A stretch of DNA of 64,000 bases, from the NCBI GenBank assembly GCA_023703615.1, contig CP097971.1:1059476-1123475 (forward strand), given 5' to 3'. Of the stretch, positions 47,658 through 57,309 are shown one piece after another. A model generated the notes under the pieces. That model searched no databases. It had not been told where the DNA came from and saw only the letters and a list, made by a program, of their open reading frames with translations. Source of the stretch: SAR86 cluster bacterium (GTDB lineage Bacteria > Pseudomonadota > Gammaproteobacteria > Magnimaribacterales > D2472). Position 1 is the first letter of the stretch. Each line of letters begins with the position of its first letter. Position numbers and translations under genes: made by a program.

Positions 47658-48896
47658 ATGAAAAATACATTTTTAGTCTTGTTTACCTTATCAATACCTT
47701 TATTGTCTAAAGTTGAAGTTTTAGACAGAATTGCTGTTATTGTTGATGATGGTGTAGTGATGGAGTCTCAAATAACAAAAAATTATGAGGCCATAGTTCA
47801 AAGATATGATGAGCAAAATATACCAAAACCACCTGTAAGTGAGTTAAAAACTCAGATAACTGAAAAATTGATTATTGAAGAACTCCAGTTACAACTGGCT
47901 GATAGAGCTGGTGTAAGAATAAGTGATTCTGAGCTAAATCAAACTTTTATAAGGTTAGCATCTAATAATGGAATGGAGCTTCAAGAATTTATCAACTACA
48001 TTGAGTCTACTGGAGGTAATTACGAAGAAGTTAGAGAGGATGTAAGAAAAGAAATGATTATTCAAAGAATTCAAAGAGGAAGGGTAAATTCTGAAATTGA
48101 TATAACCGAACAAGAATTTGAAGCATTTCTTGCAACAGATGAATCTATCAAAGCCTTACAACCAGAATTGTTAGTTAAGCAAATTCTTGTTGAGACAAAT
48201 GATATTGCTTTAGAAGCCCTAGAAAGAATAACAAATGGTGAGAATTTTTCTGATATTGCCAAAGATATATCAATAGCTAGAAATGCCTCAAGTGGAGGAA
48301 TAATTGACTGGAGAAAACCATCTGATATGCCTGAATTATTTGCAAATGATTTAGCTAATAAAAAAGTTGGTTATATCTCTGAACCTCTTCAGAGTGGTGC
48401 AGGTTTCCACATATTGAAACTTGAAAACAAAAGAGGAGAACTCGTTCAATATGAAGACCAATGGTGGACTAGACATATTTTGATGATACCTTCAGCAATA
48501 CGAGATGATGAAACAACTATTAAAGAACTTTCAGAAATAAGAGACAGAATACTTAAAGGTGAAGATTTTGCAATTTTAGCTGAAGAATTTTCTGAAGATC
48601 CAGGCTCGTCTAAACTCGGAGGCGACCTTGACTGGCTTGGTATGGGTGTACTTGATGAAAATTTTGAAAAAACAATGTTAGCTACAGCCATAGGAGAGCT
48701 ATCTGAAGTTTTTGAATCTCAATTTGGCTATCATTTTCTTGAAGTTCTTGGAAGAAGAAATCATGATATGACTGATGAGCTAATAAATGATAGAGCGTAT
48801 AACGTACTTTTTGAAAGAAAGTTTGATGAAGAGCTTGAAAATACTCTCAGATCAATGAGAGCTGAAGCTTTTGTAGAATTTAAAGATCTAGATTGA
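47658..48896 (+). CDS. surA: Periplasmic chaperone / peptidyl-prolyl isomerase SurA
   Basis: Signal peptide MKNTFLVLFTLSIPLLS (ORF opens at 47604). LDRIAVIVDDGVVMESQI N-domain. Parvulin domain (DPGSSKLGGDLDW...FGYHFLEV). Confidence 0.9.
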   Translation: MKNTFLVLFTLSIPLLSKVEVLDRIAVIVDDGVVMESQITKNYEAIVQRYDEQNIPKPPVSELKTQITEKLIIEELQLQLADRAGVRISDSELNQTFIRLASNNGMELQEFINYIESTGGNYEEVREDVRKEMIIQRIQRGRVNSEIDITEQEFEAFLATDESIKALQPELLVKQILVETNDIALEALERITNGENFSDIAKDISIARNASSGGIIDWRKPSDMPELFANDLANKKVGYISEPLQSGAGFHILKLENKRGELVQYEDQWWTRHILMIPSAIRDDETTIKELSEIRDRILKGEDFAILAEEFSEDPGSSKLGGDLDWLGMGVLDENFEKTMLATAIGELSEVFESQFGYHFLEVLGRRNHDMTDELINDRAYNVLFERKFDEELENTLRSMRAEAFVEFKDLD

Positions 48897-49876
48897 AAAC
48901 CATATTGTATTCACCTGGGGAACCATCAGGAATTGGAGTTGACCTGGTTATAAAACTTTGTAGCCTAAATTTTTGGGGAAACTTAAAATTACCAATAGTA
49001 TGTATTGCTGACAGTAAATTAATATTAGATAGAGCAAAAGTGTTGGGAATTAAAATCAATATTGATGAACTTAAAGATATAAATAATGCTAAAAGAAATA
49101 AAAAGAACACACTTCAAATTTTCTTTGTATCAGTTTGCAAAGATACTCAACCGGGAAAACTGAAAAAAATAAATGCATCCTATGTTATTGAAAATCTAGA
49201 TTTTGCAATAAATTATTCAAAAAATAATAAAAGAACTGCTTTGGTAACAGGGCCTATTAGTAAAGAAAATGTAATACACAAATATAAAAATTTTACAGGG
49301 CATACTGAAAGAATTAAAGAAAAGACTGATAGCAAAAGTGTTCTTATGATGTTAGCTTCATCAAAACTTAAAGTTGCACTCGCTACAACACATATTCCAT
49401 TAAAAGATGTTCCTAAGAAAATCACTAAAAAGCTTTTAATGACTAAAATACAAATCCTTCATGAGGAACTCAAAAATAAATTTAATATAAAAAATCCTAA
49501 AATTAAAATGCTCGGTCTCAATCCTCACTCTGGAGAAAATGGTAAAATTGGCAAAGAAGAAAAGAGTATTCTAATTCCGACTGCAAAATATCTTAGAGGT
49601 AAAAATATTAACGTATCCCTCCCAATATCTGCAGATACTGCTTTCACAAAAAAAAACTTAATGTCAACAGACGCATATTTTGGTATGTACCACGATCAAG
49701 TTTTACCAGTTCTTAAAGCTCTTAGCTTTGGGAAATCTTTCAATATAACCCTTGGTACCTCAATTATAAGAACTTCGGTAGATCATGGTGTAGCCTTAGA
49801 TATAGCTGGATCAAAAAAAAGTGATGAATCCTCTTTGAAAGAAGCTATAAAAATAGCAGCAAAGCTAATTAAATGA
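48893..49876 (+). CDS. pdxA: 4-hydroxythreonine-4-phosphate dehydrogenase
   Basis: SPGEPSGIGVDL, GPISKENV, FTGHTE, ATTHIPLKDV, LNPHSGENG, YHDQVL, RTSVDHGVALDIAG. TTG start overlapping the surA stop. Confidence 0.92.
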   Translation: MKTILYSPGEPSGIGVDLVIKLCSLNFWGNLKLPIVCIADSKLILDRAKVLGIKINIDELKDINNAKRNKKNTLQIFFVSVCKDTQPGKLKKINASYVIENLDFAINYSKNNKRTALVTGPISKENVIHKYKNFTGHTERIKEKTDSKSVLMMLASSKLKVALATTHIPLKDVPKKITKKLLMTKIQILHEELKNKFNIKNPKIKMLGLNPHSGENGKIGKEEKSILIPTAKYLRGKNINVSLPISADTAFTKKNLMSTDAYFGMYHDQVLPVLKALSFGKSFNITLGTSIIRTSVDHGVALDIAGSKKSDESSLKEAIKIAAKLIK

Positions 49877-50640
49877 ATACAAAAAATATTAGAAGGGAGT
49901 TTGGTCAAAATTATTTAATTGATCCTGTTGTACTTTATGAAATGCAAAAATCGATAAATATTTGTAATGGTGATAATTTTTTTGAAATAGGCCCTGGAAA
50001 AGGAGCTTTAACTAAAGTTTTAAACCAAAAAAATATAACAATTATTGCTATGGATATAGATAAAAAAAACATTGATTACTTATCAAAAGAAATTAATGGG
50101 CCAAGCAACTTAAAATTTGTTCAAGGTGACATCCTGAAAGAATCATTAGATTTCCTAAAACAAAACAAATATAGAATTGTAGGAAACCTACCCTACAACA
50201 TTTCTACACAAATAATTTTGAATTTAATTACTTATTCAAATGACATAATAGATGCTCATTTTCTTGTTCAAAAAGAGGTGGCACAAAGAATTACTGGAAG
50301 TGTTGGTTCAAAAAATTGGGGCAAGCTTGGATTAAAATTATCTGCATTTTTTGACTCTGAAATTTTATTTGATGTCTCGCCAACAGCTTTTGACATAAAA
50401 CCAAAAGTAACCTCATCATTCATAAGAATGTCTCCAAAAAATATCAGCTATAAAAAAGAACTAATAGAAAATTTTTTTAAAGTGGTAGACATGTCTTTTG
50501 CCTCAAGAAGAAAAAATATAAAAAATAATTTAAAAAACTTAAATATATGTTTTGAAGAAATAGGAATTGATCAAAATTTAAGACCAGAGGAAATTGATCT
50601 TAGTAAATATTTTAAATTAGCAAATATTTTTAAAGACTAA
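49873..50640 (+). CDS. rsmA: 16S rRNA (adenine1518/1519-N6)-dimethyltransferase
   Basis: FGQNYLID, EIGPGKGALT, GNLPYNIST, FDVSPTAFDIKPKV. Confidence 0.92.
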   Translation: MNTKNIRREFGQNYLIDPVVLYEMQKSINICNGDNFFEIGPGKGALTKVLNQKNITIIAMDIDKKNIDYLSKEINGPSNLKFVQGDILKESLDFLKQNKYRIVGNLPYNISTQIILNLITYSNDIIDAHFLVQKEVAQRITGSVGSKNWGKLGLKLSAFFDSEILFDVSPTAFDIKPKVTSSFIRMSPKNISYKKELIENFFKVVDMSFASRRKNIKNNLKNLNICFEEIGIDQNLRPEEIDLSKYFKLANIFKD

Positions 50641-50641
50641 A

Positions 50642-51448
50642 ATGGCAAATTATGTAGTTGGAGATGTTCAAGGTTGCTTTAAAGAACTCATGCTGCTTTT
50701 AAAAAAAATAAAATTTAACAAAGCTAAGGATAAATTAATATTTGCTGGTGATTTAGTTAATAGAGGCAATGAATCTTTAGAAGTTTTGAATTTCTGCCTT
50801 AAAAACAAAAAATGCGTAAGAGCTGTTCTTGGAAACCATGATTTTTATTTGCTTTATTTAATTGAGTTTAATAAAAAAGATAAATCTCTTGAAAAAGTGC
50901 TCTCATCTAAAAAAATTAATAAAATTAATTCGTGGTTAAAAAGCTTACCTTTGCTTATTAAAATTAATATTAAAGAAACTAATGAAACTTTCTGGGTATC
51001 ACATGCTGGTATACCATTCTTCTGGGATTTTAAAACTGCTAAGAAACTTTCTGAAGAAGTTACCAGCAGCTTAAAAAATGATGCTACCAAGTTATTAAAA
51101 AATATGTGGGGAGACAAGCCATCGATTTGGGAAAGTAAATTGAAAGGTTATAAAAGATTAAGGGTGATTATTAATTATTTTACAAGAATGAGATTCTTAT
51201 CTAAAAACGGAGCTCTTAAACTTAAGACTAAAGACGCAAAAAAGAAAAAGGGTCATGTGCCATGGTTTAATGAAACATATAAAAGATTAAAAGATAATGA
51301 ATTCATTGTTTTTGGCCATTGGGCTGCACTTGAAGGTAAAACTAATTTGAATAATATAATAGGAGTTGATACAGGTTGTGTTTGGGGGAAAAAATTAACA
51401 GCTGTAAGATTAGAAGATAAAAAGAAATTTCATGTTAAGAAAAAATGA
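50642..51448 (+). CDS. apaH: Bis(5'-nucleosyl)-tetraphosphatase (symmetrical)
   Basis: YVVGDVQGC, FAGDLVNRG, LGNHDF, HAG, FGHWAAL. These are metallophosphatase motifs in ApaH order. No apaG between rsmA and apaH. Confidence 0.9.
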   Translation: MANYVVGDVQGCFKELMLLLKKIKFNKAKDKLIFAGDLVNRGNESLEVLNFCLKNKKCVRAVLGNHDFYLLYLIEFNKKDKSLEKVLSSKKINKINSWLKSLPLLIKINIKETNETFWVSHAGIPFFWDFKTAKKLSEEVTSSLKNDATKLLKNMWGDKPSIWESKLKGYKRLRVIINYFTRMRFLSKNGALKLKTKDAKKKKGHVPWFNETYKRLKDNEFIVFGHWAALEGKTNLNNIIGVDTGCVWGKKLTAVRLEDKKKFHVKKK

Positions 51449-52467
51449 AAATATATGAAGTTGGTGGTGCTGTAAGAGATTCAATTCTTGGAATAGACCC
51501 AGTTGATAAAGATTGGGTTGTTGTTGGATCGTCTCCTGAAGAAATGATAGCTAATGGGTTTAAGCCAATAGGAAAAGATTTTCCTGTTTTTTTACATCCA
51601 AAAACTAATGAAGAATATGCTCTAGCAAGAACTGAAAAAAAAATTGGTGTTGGTTATCATGGATTTAATTTTCACTATGGAAAAGAGATTACTCTAGAAG
51701 AAGACCTTTCTCGAAGAGACTTAACAATCAATGCTATAGCAAAAGACGATAAAGGCAAGCTTATCGATCCTTTCGATGGTATGTCAGATATTAAAAACAA
51801 GATCTTTAGGCATGTTTCTGAAGCTTTTGAAGAGGATCCATTGAGAGCTATCAGATTGGCAAGATTTCATACTTACGAGCATCTAAGAAACTTTTATATA
51901 GCTAAAGAAACTAGAATAATGCTAAAAAAAATAGAAAAATCAAATGAAATATCCAATTTATCATCTAACAGAGTTTGGTTAGAAACTGAAAAATCTTTGA
52001 AATCATCAAATCCGAATATTTTTTTTGAAGTACTTTTAGAATTTAATCTGCACATGCCATATCTTGAGAATTTAAAAAACTGTTTTTGTAATACTAGTAA
52101 CAATCCTCTTATAAGATGGTCAGAGTTACAAATAAATAACGCATTCAAATTAAATAAAAACCTTCCAATACCAAATACTTTTTTGCATGCAGAAGAGTTA
52201 TTAAAAAAACTTTGTGTTATTGATCTAAAATCTAACAAAGAAGAACTGATTAATATAATAGATAAAATTCCTTTTAAAAGAGATGAGGCTTTAATTAAGC
52301 AACTTATTGAATTACCAAATCTTTCTAAATCAAAATTACTAATCACAAAGTTGCTTGATAACATAAAAAAGGTAGACTTCTCTATTCTTTCAAAATTTTC
52401 TAGTGAGAAAATTTCTAGGGAAAAGATTAAACTATTGAATCAGGTTGTAAGAAACTTAAATGAATAA
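51445..52467 (+). CDS. cca: CCA-adding tRNA nucleotidyltransferase, short form without recognisable HD domain
   Basis: MKIYEVGGAVRDSILG, DKDWVV, EYALARTEKK, RRDLTINA, EDPLRAIRLARF head/neck motifs. The C-terminal 140 aa lack the H...HD phosphohydrolase motif. Confidence 0.85.
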   Translation: MKIYEVGGAVRDSILGIDPVDKDWVVVGSSPEEMIANGFKPIGKDFPVFLHPKTNEEYALARTEKKIGVGYHGFNFHYGKEITLEEDLSRRDLTINAIAKDDKGKLIDPFDGMSDIKNKIFRHVSEAFEEDPLRAIRLARFHTYEHLRNFYIAKETRIMLKKIEKSNEISNLSSNRVWLETEKSLKSSNPNIFFEVLLEFNLHMPYLENLKNCFCNTSNNPLIRWSELQINNAFKLNKNLPIPNTFLHAEELLKKLCVIDLKSNKEELINIIDKIPFKRDEALIKQLIELPNLSKSKLLITKLLDNIKKVDFSILSKFSSEKISREKIKLLNQVVRNLNE

Positions 52468-53188
52468 AACAATATTAATTACTGGCGGTGCAAAAAGAAT
52501 TGGCAAAGAAATTGCTCTAACGTATTCCAATTTAGGCTGGAATATCATTATTCACTATAATTCATCAAGAAGCGATGCAGAGGAGCTTGCAAGAAAAATT
52601 AACTCTAAAAATCCAGATAGTGCAAAAATTGTTCAGGCAAATTTAGATATAGATGATGATGTAAACAAGTTAATTAAAGAAACGAAAAGCATGTTTGATT
52701 CGATTGATATTTTAGTGAACAATGCTTCAACTTTTTACCCTACCCCCATTGAAGAAATTTCTGAGGAGCATTGGACAAAATTAATTGGATCAAATTTAAA
52801 AGGTCCCTTGTTTCTTATAAGAGGACTGAAAGATAAATTAAAAAAGTCTGGAGGCTCTATAATTAATATCACCGATACTAACTTATCCAAAGGAGTTGCA
52901 AATTATTCTATATATTCTGCGGCAAAAGGTGGTCTAGAGTCTATTACTAAGGGTTTAGCAAGAGAGCTGGCTCCAGAAATAACCGTTAATGCTATTGCTC
53001 CAGGCGCAATGCTTGAGCCACCTGGAATAGAATGGACAAGCGAACAAAAAGAGAAGGTTATTTCAAATATACCATTAAAAAAAATGGGTTCAGAAAAAGA
53101 TATTGCAAATGCTGTGAAGTTTTTAGCTAGTGCTAGGTATGTTACTGGTCAAATTATTAAAGTTGATGGTGGAAGATCATTATCATGA
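52460..53188 (+). CDS. Pteridine reductase / FolM-like SDR
   Basis: ILITGGAKRIGKEIAL, NNAS, YSAAKGGL, VNAIAPGA, VTGQIIKVDGGRSL. Colinear with FolM/PTR1-type SDRs. Sits in a folate-gene neighbourhood. Confidence 0.68.
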   Translation: MNKTILITGGAKRIGKEIALTYSNLGWNIIIHYNSSRSDAEELARKINSKNPDSAKIVQANLDIDDDVNKLIKETKSMFDSIDILVNNASTFYPTPIEEISEEHWTKLIGSNLKGPLFLIRGLKDKLKKSGGSIINITDTNLSKGVANYSIYSAAKGGLESITKGLARELAPEITVNAIAPGAMLEPPGIEWTSEQKEKVISNIPLKKMGSEKDIANAVKFLASARYVTGQIIKVDGGRSLS

Positions 53189-54246
53189 TGAGAGATGCCG
53201 AGAGATATGAAAAAATTTTTTCTGGTACAAAGCCGGTAGCAGATAATCTAAAAATCGATTTATTAAAATTACAACCATGGATTGATGAATTTGTTCCGAA
53301 TGCAGGAGCAATTGATTCTGTAGAGCAGTTTAAAGGCGGTCAATCAAATCCAACCTATAAAATAATTACAAAAAATAAAAATTTAGTTCTTAGAAGAAAG
53401 CCTCCTGGAAAACTTTTACCCTCAGCTCATGCGGTTGATAGAGAATATAAAGTTATTACAGCACTACATAACACTGACGTACCAGTTCCAAAAACATATG
53501 GTTTGTGTGAGGACGAAGATGTTGCGGGTACAACCTTTTTTATGATGGATTGTTTAGATGGAGACATATACTGGGACCCAATGCTACCATCACTATCAAA
53601 AGAAAAAAGAATAAAAGTCTATAAAAATAAAAATAAAACACTTGCTGCTCTTCATAGTATTGATTATCAAAAAATAGGATTGCAAGATTATGGTAAGCCA
53701 GGTAATTATGTTGCTCGACAGGTCTCAAGATGGTCAAAACAATATCGAGCATCTGAAACAGATAACATTGATGCAATGAATAATCTTATTGAGTGGTTAC
53801 CCAAAAATATACCTGATGACGACGAAACCTCAATTGTACATGGTGATTATCGTCTTGATAATATGATCATGAGGGATCAAGAGGTTATAGGAGTTTTAGA
53901 TTGGGAACTTTCGACGTTAGGACATCCCATTGCAGATTTTTGTTATCACTGCTTAACATGGAGAACTGAAAATGTTTTTTATGATTTTCCGAAATTAAAG
54001 GAACTTGGTGTCCCAAATGAAATTGAATATAGAGACATGTATTCTGAAATGACAGGTAAAGATTTATCTAAAAATTGGGAATTTTATATGGCTTTTAGTT
54101 TGTTTAAAGTTGCTGCGATTTGTCAAGGGATATTAGGTAGAGTTAGAGATGGAACAGCTGCAAGTAAGCATGCAGAAGACAGAGGATTAAAAGTTTATCC
54201 TTTATCTGAAGGCGCTTGGTCAATCATAGAAAACAACCTTAAATAA
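53185..54246 (+). CDS. Phosphotransferase (APH/ACAD10-N-terminal-like kinase) family protein
   Basis: VEQFKGGQSNPTYKI, LRRKPPG, AVDREY, catalytic VHGDYRLDNMI, VLDWELSTLGHP. Confidence 0.75.
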   Translation: MMRDAERYEKIFSGTKPVADNLKIDLLKLQPWIDEFVPNAGAIDSVEQFKGGQSNPTYKIITKNKNLVLRRKPPGKLLPSAHAVDREYKVITALHNTDVPVPKTYGLCEDEDVAGTTFFMMDCLDGDIYWDPMLPSLSKEKRIKVYKNKNKTLAALHSIDYQKIGLQDYGKPGNYVARQVSRWSKQYRASETDNIDAMNNLIEWLPKNIPDDDETSIVHGDYRLDNMIMRDQEVIGVLDWELSTLGHPIADFCYHCLTWRTENVFYDFPKLKELGVPNEIEYRDMYSEMTGKDLSKNWEFYMAFSLFKVAAICQGILGRVRDGTAASKHAEDRGLKVYPLSEGAWSIIENNLK

Positions 54247-54249
54247 AAA

Positions 54250-54858
54250 TTATTTCCTACTAAAAAATAATACTATTCCTGAAACTGAAGTTACTAAAGC
54301 TAAGATTGAAAATATTTTTAGTAAAATATTGTTTATATTTTCTCTATCTTTGTAATCCATAATATGAAGTGCCCAAAAAAAGTCCCAGATCCTCCAAGAA
54401 TCTGATCTTATTGATAATATATCGCCTGTCATAGGATTAACATATATATTAATTTTATCTTTTGTATCAGTAGAGATCTTATACAGTGGTAAAGGTCTGC
54501 CTCTATATTCACTTCCAGCACTATCTTCAGTTATTAAAGTTGCATTTATTGGAATTAGGGAAGTTTTAATTTTTGCTATAACTAATGCTTCTTCTTGTGT
54601 TAAAACATTTATTTTTTTGCCATCAGGGTATGTGCTATATGTTTTGATACCATTAATATTTTCTTCAATAATTTGTTGGTCTAATCTAGTAAAAATTCTG
54701 AACTCTTTATCCAATGGTAGGCGATACTGTTCTCCTCTAATAAGTTCAATTTTATTAAAAGCAAAATATATCCCTGAAATTGTCCAAAGTAAAAGTTGGA
54801 TTGCTATAAAAATACTTAAGTACCTATGAATTTTTCTTATTGAAAAACTTCTATTCAT
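54250..54858 (-). CDS. PepSY-domain / PepSY-associated TM helix membrane protein
   Basis: N-terminal IRKIHRYLSIFIAIQLLLWTISGIYF and C-terminal TM. Central soluble region with YVNPMTGDIL, a PepSY-like strand. Confidence 0.45.
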   Translation of the reverse strand: MNRSFSIRKIHRYLSIFIAIQLLLWTISGIYFAFNKIELIRGEQYRLPLDKEFRIFTRLDQQIIEENINGIKTYSTYPDGKKINVLTQEEALVIAKIKTSLIPINATLITEDSAGSEYRGRPLPLYKISTDTKDKINIYVNPMTGDILSIRSDSWRIWDFFWALHIMDYKDRENINNILLKIFSILALVTSVSGIVLFFSRK

Positions 54859-55233
54859 TTAAATTATTTCTTTCAGTGGCTCTGAAACAAATGAATACTT
54901 CTCTATTTCATTACTTTCATAAAGTATTTCTTCGTCATCAATTTGCAAGATTATGTCAATATCAAGAGTACGGGAACTAAATTTTGGCATATCTCTTCTT
55001 CTGCCTGATTCATCCTCAATAGCTTTTAATTTTTTATTTAATTCTTCAAAGGAAATATTTGTCTCACCACACATAACTAAATTTAAAAAATCATCGCCCT
55101 CGAAGCCTTCTGCTTTTGTTTTATGAATAGATGAGTACTTAGTTGTTTCTAATATGCGTTGTAATTTTTGTATTGCAAAAATAATATTTGCTTCCGCATT
55201 TATATTGCTGCCAAGGGAAAGATAATACTTCAT
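54859..55233 (-). CDS. folK: 2-amino-4-hydroxy-6-hydroxymethyldihydropteridine pyrophosphokinase (short form)
   Basis: YLSLGSNI, DDFLNLVMCGETNISFEEL, IEDESGRRR, SRTLDIDIIL. Starts directly after folB. Confidence 0.8.
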   Translation of the reverse strand: MKYYLSLGSNINAEANIIFAIQKLQRILETTKYSSIHKTKAEGFEGDDFLNLVMCGETNISFEELNKKLKAIEDESGRRRDMPKFSSRTLDIDIILQIDDEEILYESNEIEKYSFVSEPLKEII

Positions 55234-55580
55234 TATCGAGTAATAATTAATCCAACATCTTTAGAGCCTCTTATTGCTCCTGGTTTTGATATTCGAAGTC
55301 TGATAGATTTAACACCATAATTATTCTTGACCAAAGATGCTATTTCTTCAGCAAGGGTTTCTTGAAGTTGAAATGAAGAATCTTCAACAAACTTAATAAC
55401 TCCTTTAGCAATAGCTTTATAGTCAATTGTATCTTCTATGGAATCAGTCTTAGCTGCCTTTTTGCAATCAAATGGAAATTCTAAATCTATACTTACCTCT
55501 TGTTTCACTTTCCTCTCCCAATCAAAAATTCCTATTATAGTTTTTACTCTTAAGTCTTTAATATAAATTATGTCTTTCAT
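55233..55580 (-). CDS. folB: Dihydroneopterin aldolase
   Basis: IYIKDLRVKTIIGIFDWERKVKQEVSIDLEF, DTIDYKAI, RLRISKPGAI. Confidence 0.85.
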   Translation of the reverse strand: MKDIIYIKDLRVKTIIGIFDWERKVKQEVSIDLEFPFDCKKAAKTDSIEDTIDYKAIAKGVIKFVEDSSFQLQETLAEEIASLVKNNYGVKSIRLRISKPGAIRGSKDVGLIITR

Positions 55581-56581
55581 AGTGATAACTCAGTTAACGG
55601 CCATCTGGCTCTAACAAATGATGATTCTTTTTTAATTTTAACAGATGATCTAATTGAGCCAACAAATGCAATCATAGCTGCATTGTCACCACAATATTTT
55701 AAAGATGGATAATATACTTTTATATCCATTATGTTTTCTAAGTCTTTAATTGCTGTTCTTAAAGATTTATTTGCAGCTACTCCACCTGCAATAATTACTG
55801 TTTTTCTTTTAGAGCTCTCAACAGTCTTTTTTATTTTATTTAATAGCACATCAATGACAGCTTGTTGGAAAGACGCTGCTATATCTGCCTTAATATCATC
55901 TGAAGGGTTTTTAAAATCTTTTAATTTATACAAAACTGCAGTTTTCAATCCACTAAAACTTAGATCAAGATTATCACTATTAATCATAGGTCTTGGAAAA
56001 TTAAATGCAGCCGGATTACCTTTCAGTGCAAGTTTTTCTATTTGTGGTCCGCCTGGATATGGTAAATCTAAAAGCTTAGCAACTTTGTCAAATGCTTCAC
56101 CAACAGCATCATCTTTTGATTGACCAAGTATTTCGTAATTTCCTTTATCCATAACATCTACAATCATGCTATGTCCTCCGCTTACTAATAAAGAAATATA
56201 TGGAGTATTTATTTCTGGAAATTCCATCAAAGGTGACATCAAATGTCCTTCAAGGTGATTTATCGGGATTAGTGGAATTTTCAAAGCAACTGACAATCCT
56301 TGTGCAAAGCTTTCTCCTATTAACAATGCGCCAAGCAGACCTGGCCCAGACGTATATGATATTTGATCTATATCAGCAAGTTTTATATCACCAAGAGCTG
56401 CTTTCAAAACGTTTACAATTTTTAAACAATGATCTCTTGATGCTAATTCTGGAACAACACCGCCATATGCAGCATGCATCTTACTTTGGCTATAGATAGA
56501 CTCACCTATAATTCCATTTTCAGAATCATATATGGCGATTGCCGTTTCGTCACAAGATGTTTCAATTCCTAAAGTTTTCAT
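55577..56581 (-). CDS. tsaD: tRNA N6-adenosine threonylcarbamoyltransferase
   Basis: MKTLGIETSCDETAIAIY (ORF opens 8 codons earlier at 56605), GGVVPELASRDH, GPGLLGALLIG, NHLEGH, LLVSGGHS, GGVAANKSLR, YCGDNAAMIA. Confidence 0.93.
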   Translation of the reverse strand: MKTLGIETSCDETAIAIYDSENGIIGESIYSQSKMHAAYGGVVPELASRDHCLKIVNVLKAALGDIKLADIDQISYTSGPGLLGALLIGESFAQGLSVALKIPLIPINHLEGHLMSPLMEFPEINTPYISLLVSGGHSMIVDVMDKGNYEILGQSKDDAVGEAFDKVAKLLDLPYPGGPQIEKLALKGNPAAFNFPRPMINSDNLDLSFSGLKTAVLYKLKDFKNPSDDIKADIAASFQQAVIDVLLNKIKKTVESSKRKTVIIAGGVAANKSLRTAIKDLENIMDIKVYYPSLKYCGDNAAMIAFVGSIRSSVKIKKESSFVRARWPLTELSL

Positions 56582-56590
56582 AAAAAAGTT

Positions 56591-56619
56591 TTGCAAAAAT
56601 ACCAATCACAGCTTAAACT
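56591..56619 (+). promoter_or_regulatory. Candidate sigma-70 promoter for rpsU (TTGCAA - 17 nt - TAAACT)
   Basis: Hexamers read from the sequence. The -10 ends 12 nt before the rpsU ATG. Prediction by eye only. Confidence 0.3.
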
Positions 56620-56631
56620 ACGCGTCACATT

Positions 56632-56847
56632 ATGCCTTCAATTATAATAAAAGAAACAGAACATTTTGACATTGGTTTAAGAAAGTTCAAGCGTGCATGC
56701 GAAAAGGCTGCAATTGTTCCAGAAATTAGAGCAAGAGAATTTTATGAAAAGCCAACAGAAAAAAGAAAAAGATTAATGGCTGCAGCTGTTAAAAGGGCTC
56801 GCAAGACTAATAGAAGATCATATCCTAGACTAAGATCTTTTAGGTAA
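56632..56847 (+). CDS. rpsU: 30S ribosomal protein S21
   Basis: [47 protein letters not shown] is colinear with E. coli S21. Confidence 0.96.
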   Translation: MPSIIIKETEHFDIGLRKFKRACEKAAIVPEIRAREFYEKPTEKRKRLMAAAVKRARKTNRRSYPRLRSFR

Positions 56848-56849
56848 CT

Positions 56850-57293
56850 TTGTCACTTCTTCAAGAAATAAAAAATGACCTCAAGTCAGCAATGCTTGAG
56901 AAAAATATAATGGTCCGAGACACGCTTAGAATGTTTGTGGCTGAAGTGCAAAAGTATGAAATTGATTCAAAAGAACCTGCAGATGATTCAAAGGTATTAC
57001 AAATTATTAACAAAATGATTAAACAAAGAATGGATTCTATTGATCAGTTCGATGCAGGTGGAAGATCTGATTTGGCAGAAAAAGAAAGAGATGAAGTATC
57101 AGTACTCTCAAAATATAAGCCCAAGCAATTAACTGAGGAAGAGATAGTCTCGATAGTTGAAAAGGCTATTAATGAAACTCAAGCAAATTCAATGCAAGAT
57201 ATTGGAAAAGTCATGGGTATACTAAAAAGTTCTATTGCTGGCAAAGCAGATATGGGTATAGTAAGTAAAATTGTTAAGGATAAATTGAGCTAA
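56850..57293 (+). CDS. GatB/YqeY domain-containing protein
   Basis: [17 protein letters not shown]...[11 protein letters not shown]...[28 protein letters not shown] is the YqeY pattern. TTG start 2 nt after the rpsU stop. Confidence 0.85.
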   Translation: MSLLQEIKNDLKSAMLEKNIMVRDTLRMFVAEVQKYEIDSKEPADDSKVLQIINKMIKQRMDSIDQFDAGGRSDLAEKERDEVSVLSKYKPKQLTEEEIVSIVEKAINETQANSMQDIGKVMGILKSSIAGKADMGIVSKIVKDKLS

Positions 57294-57309
57294 ATTTATT
57301 TTAGATCTT

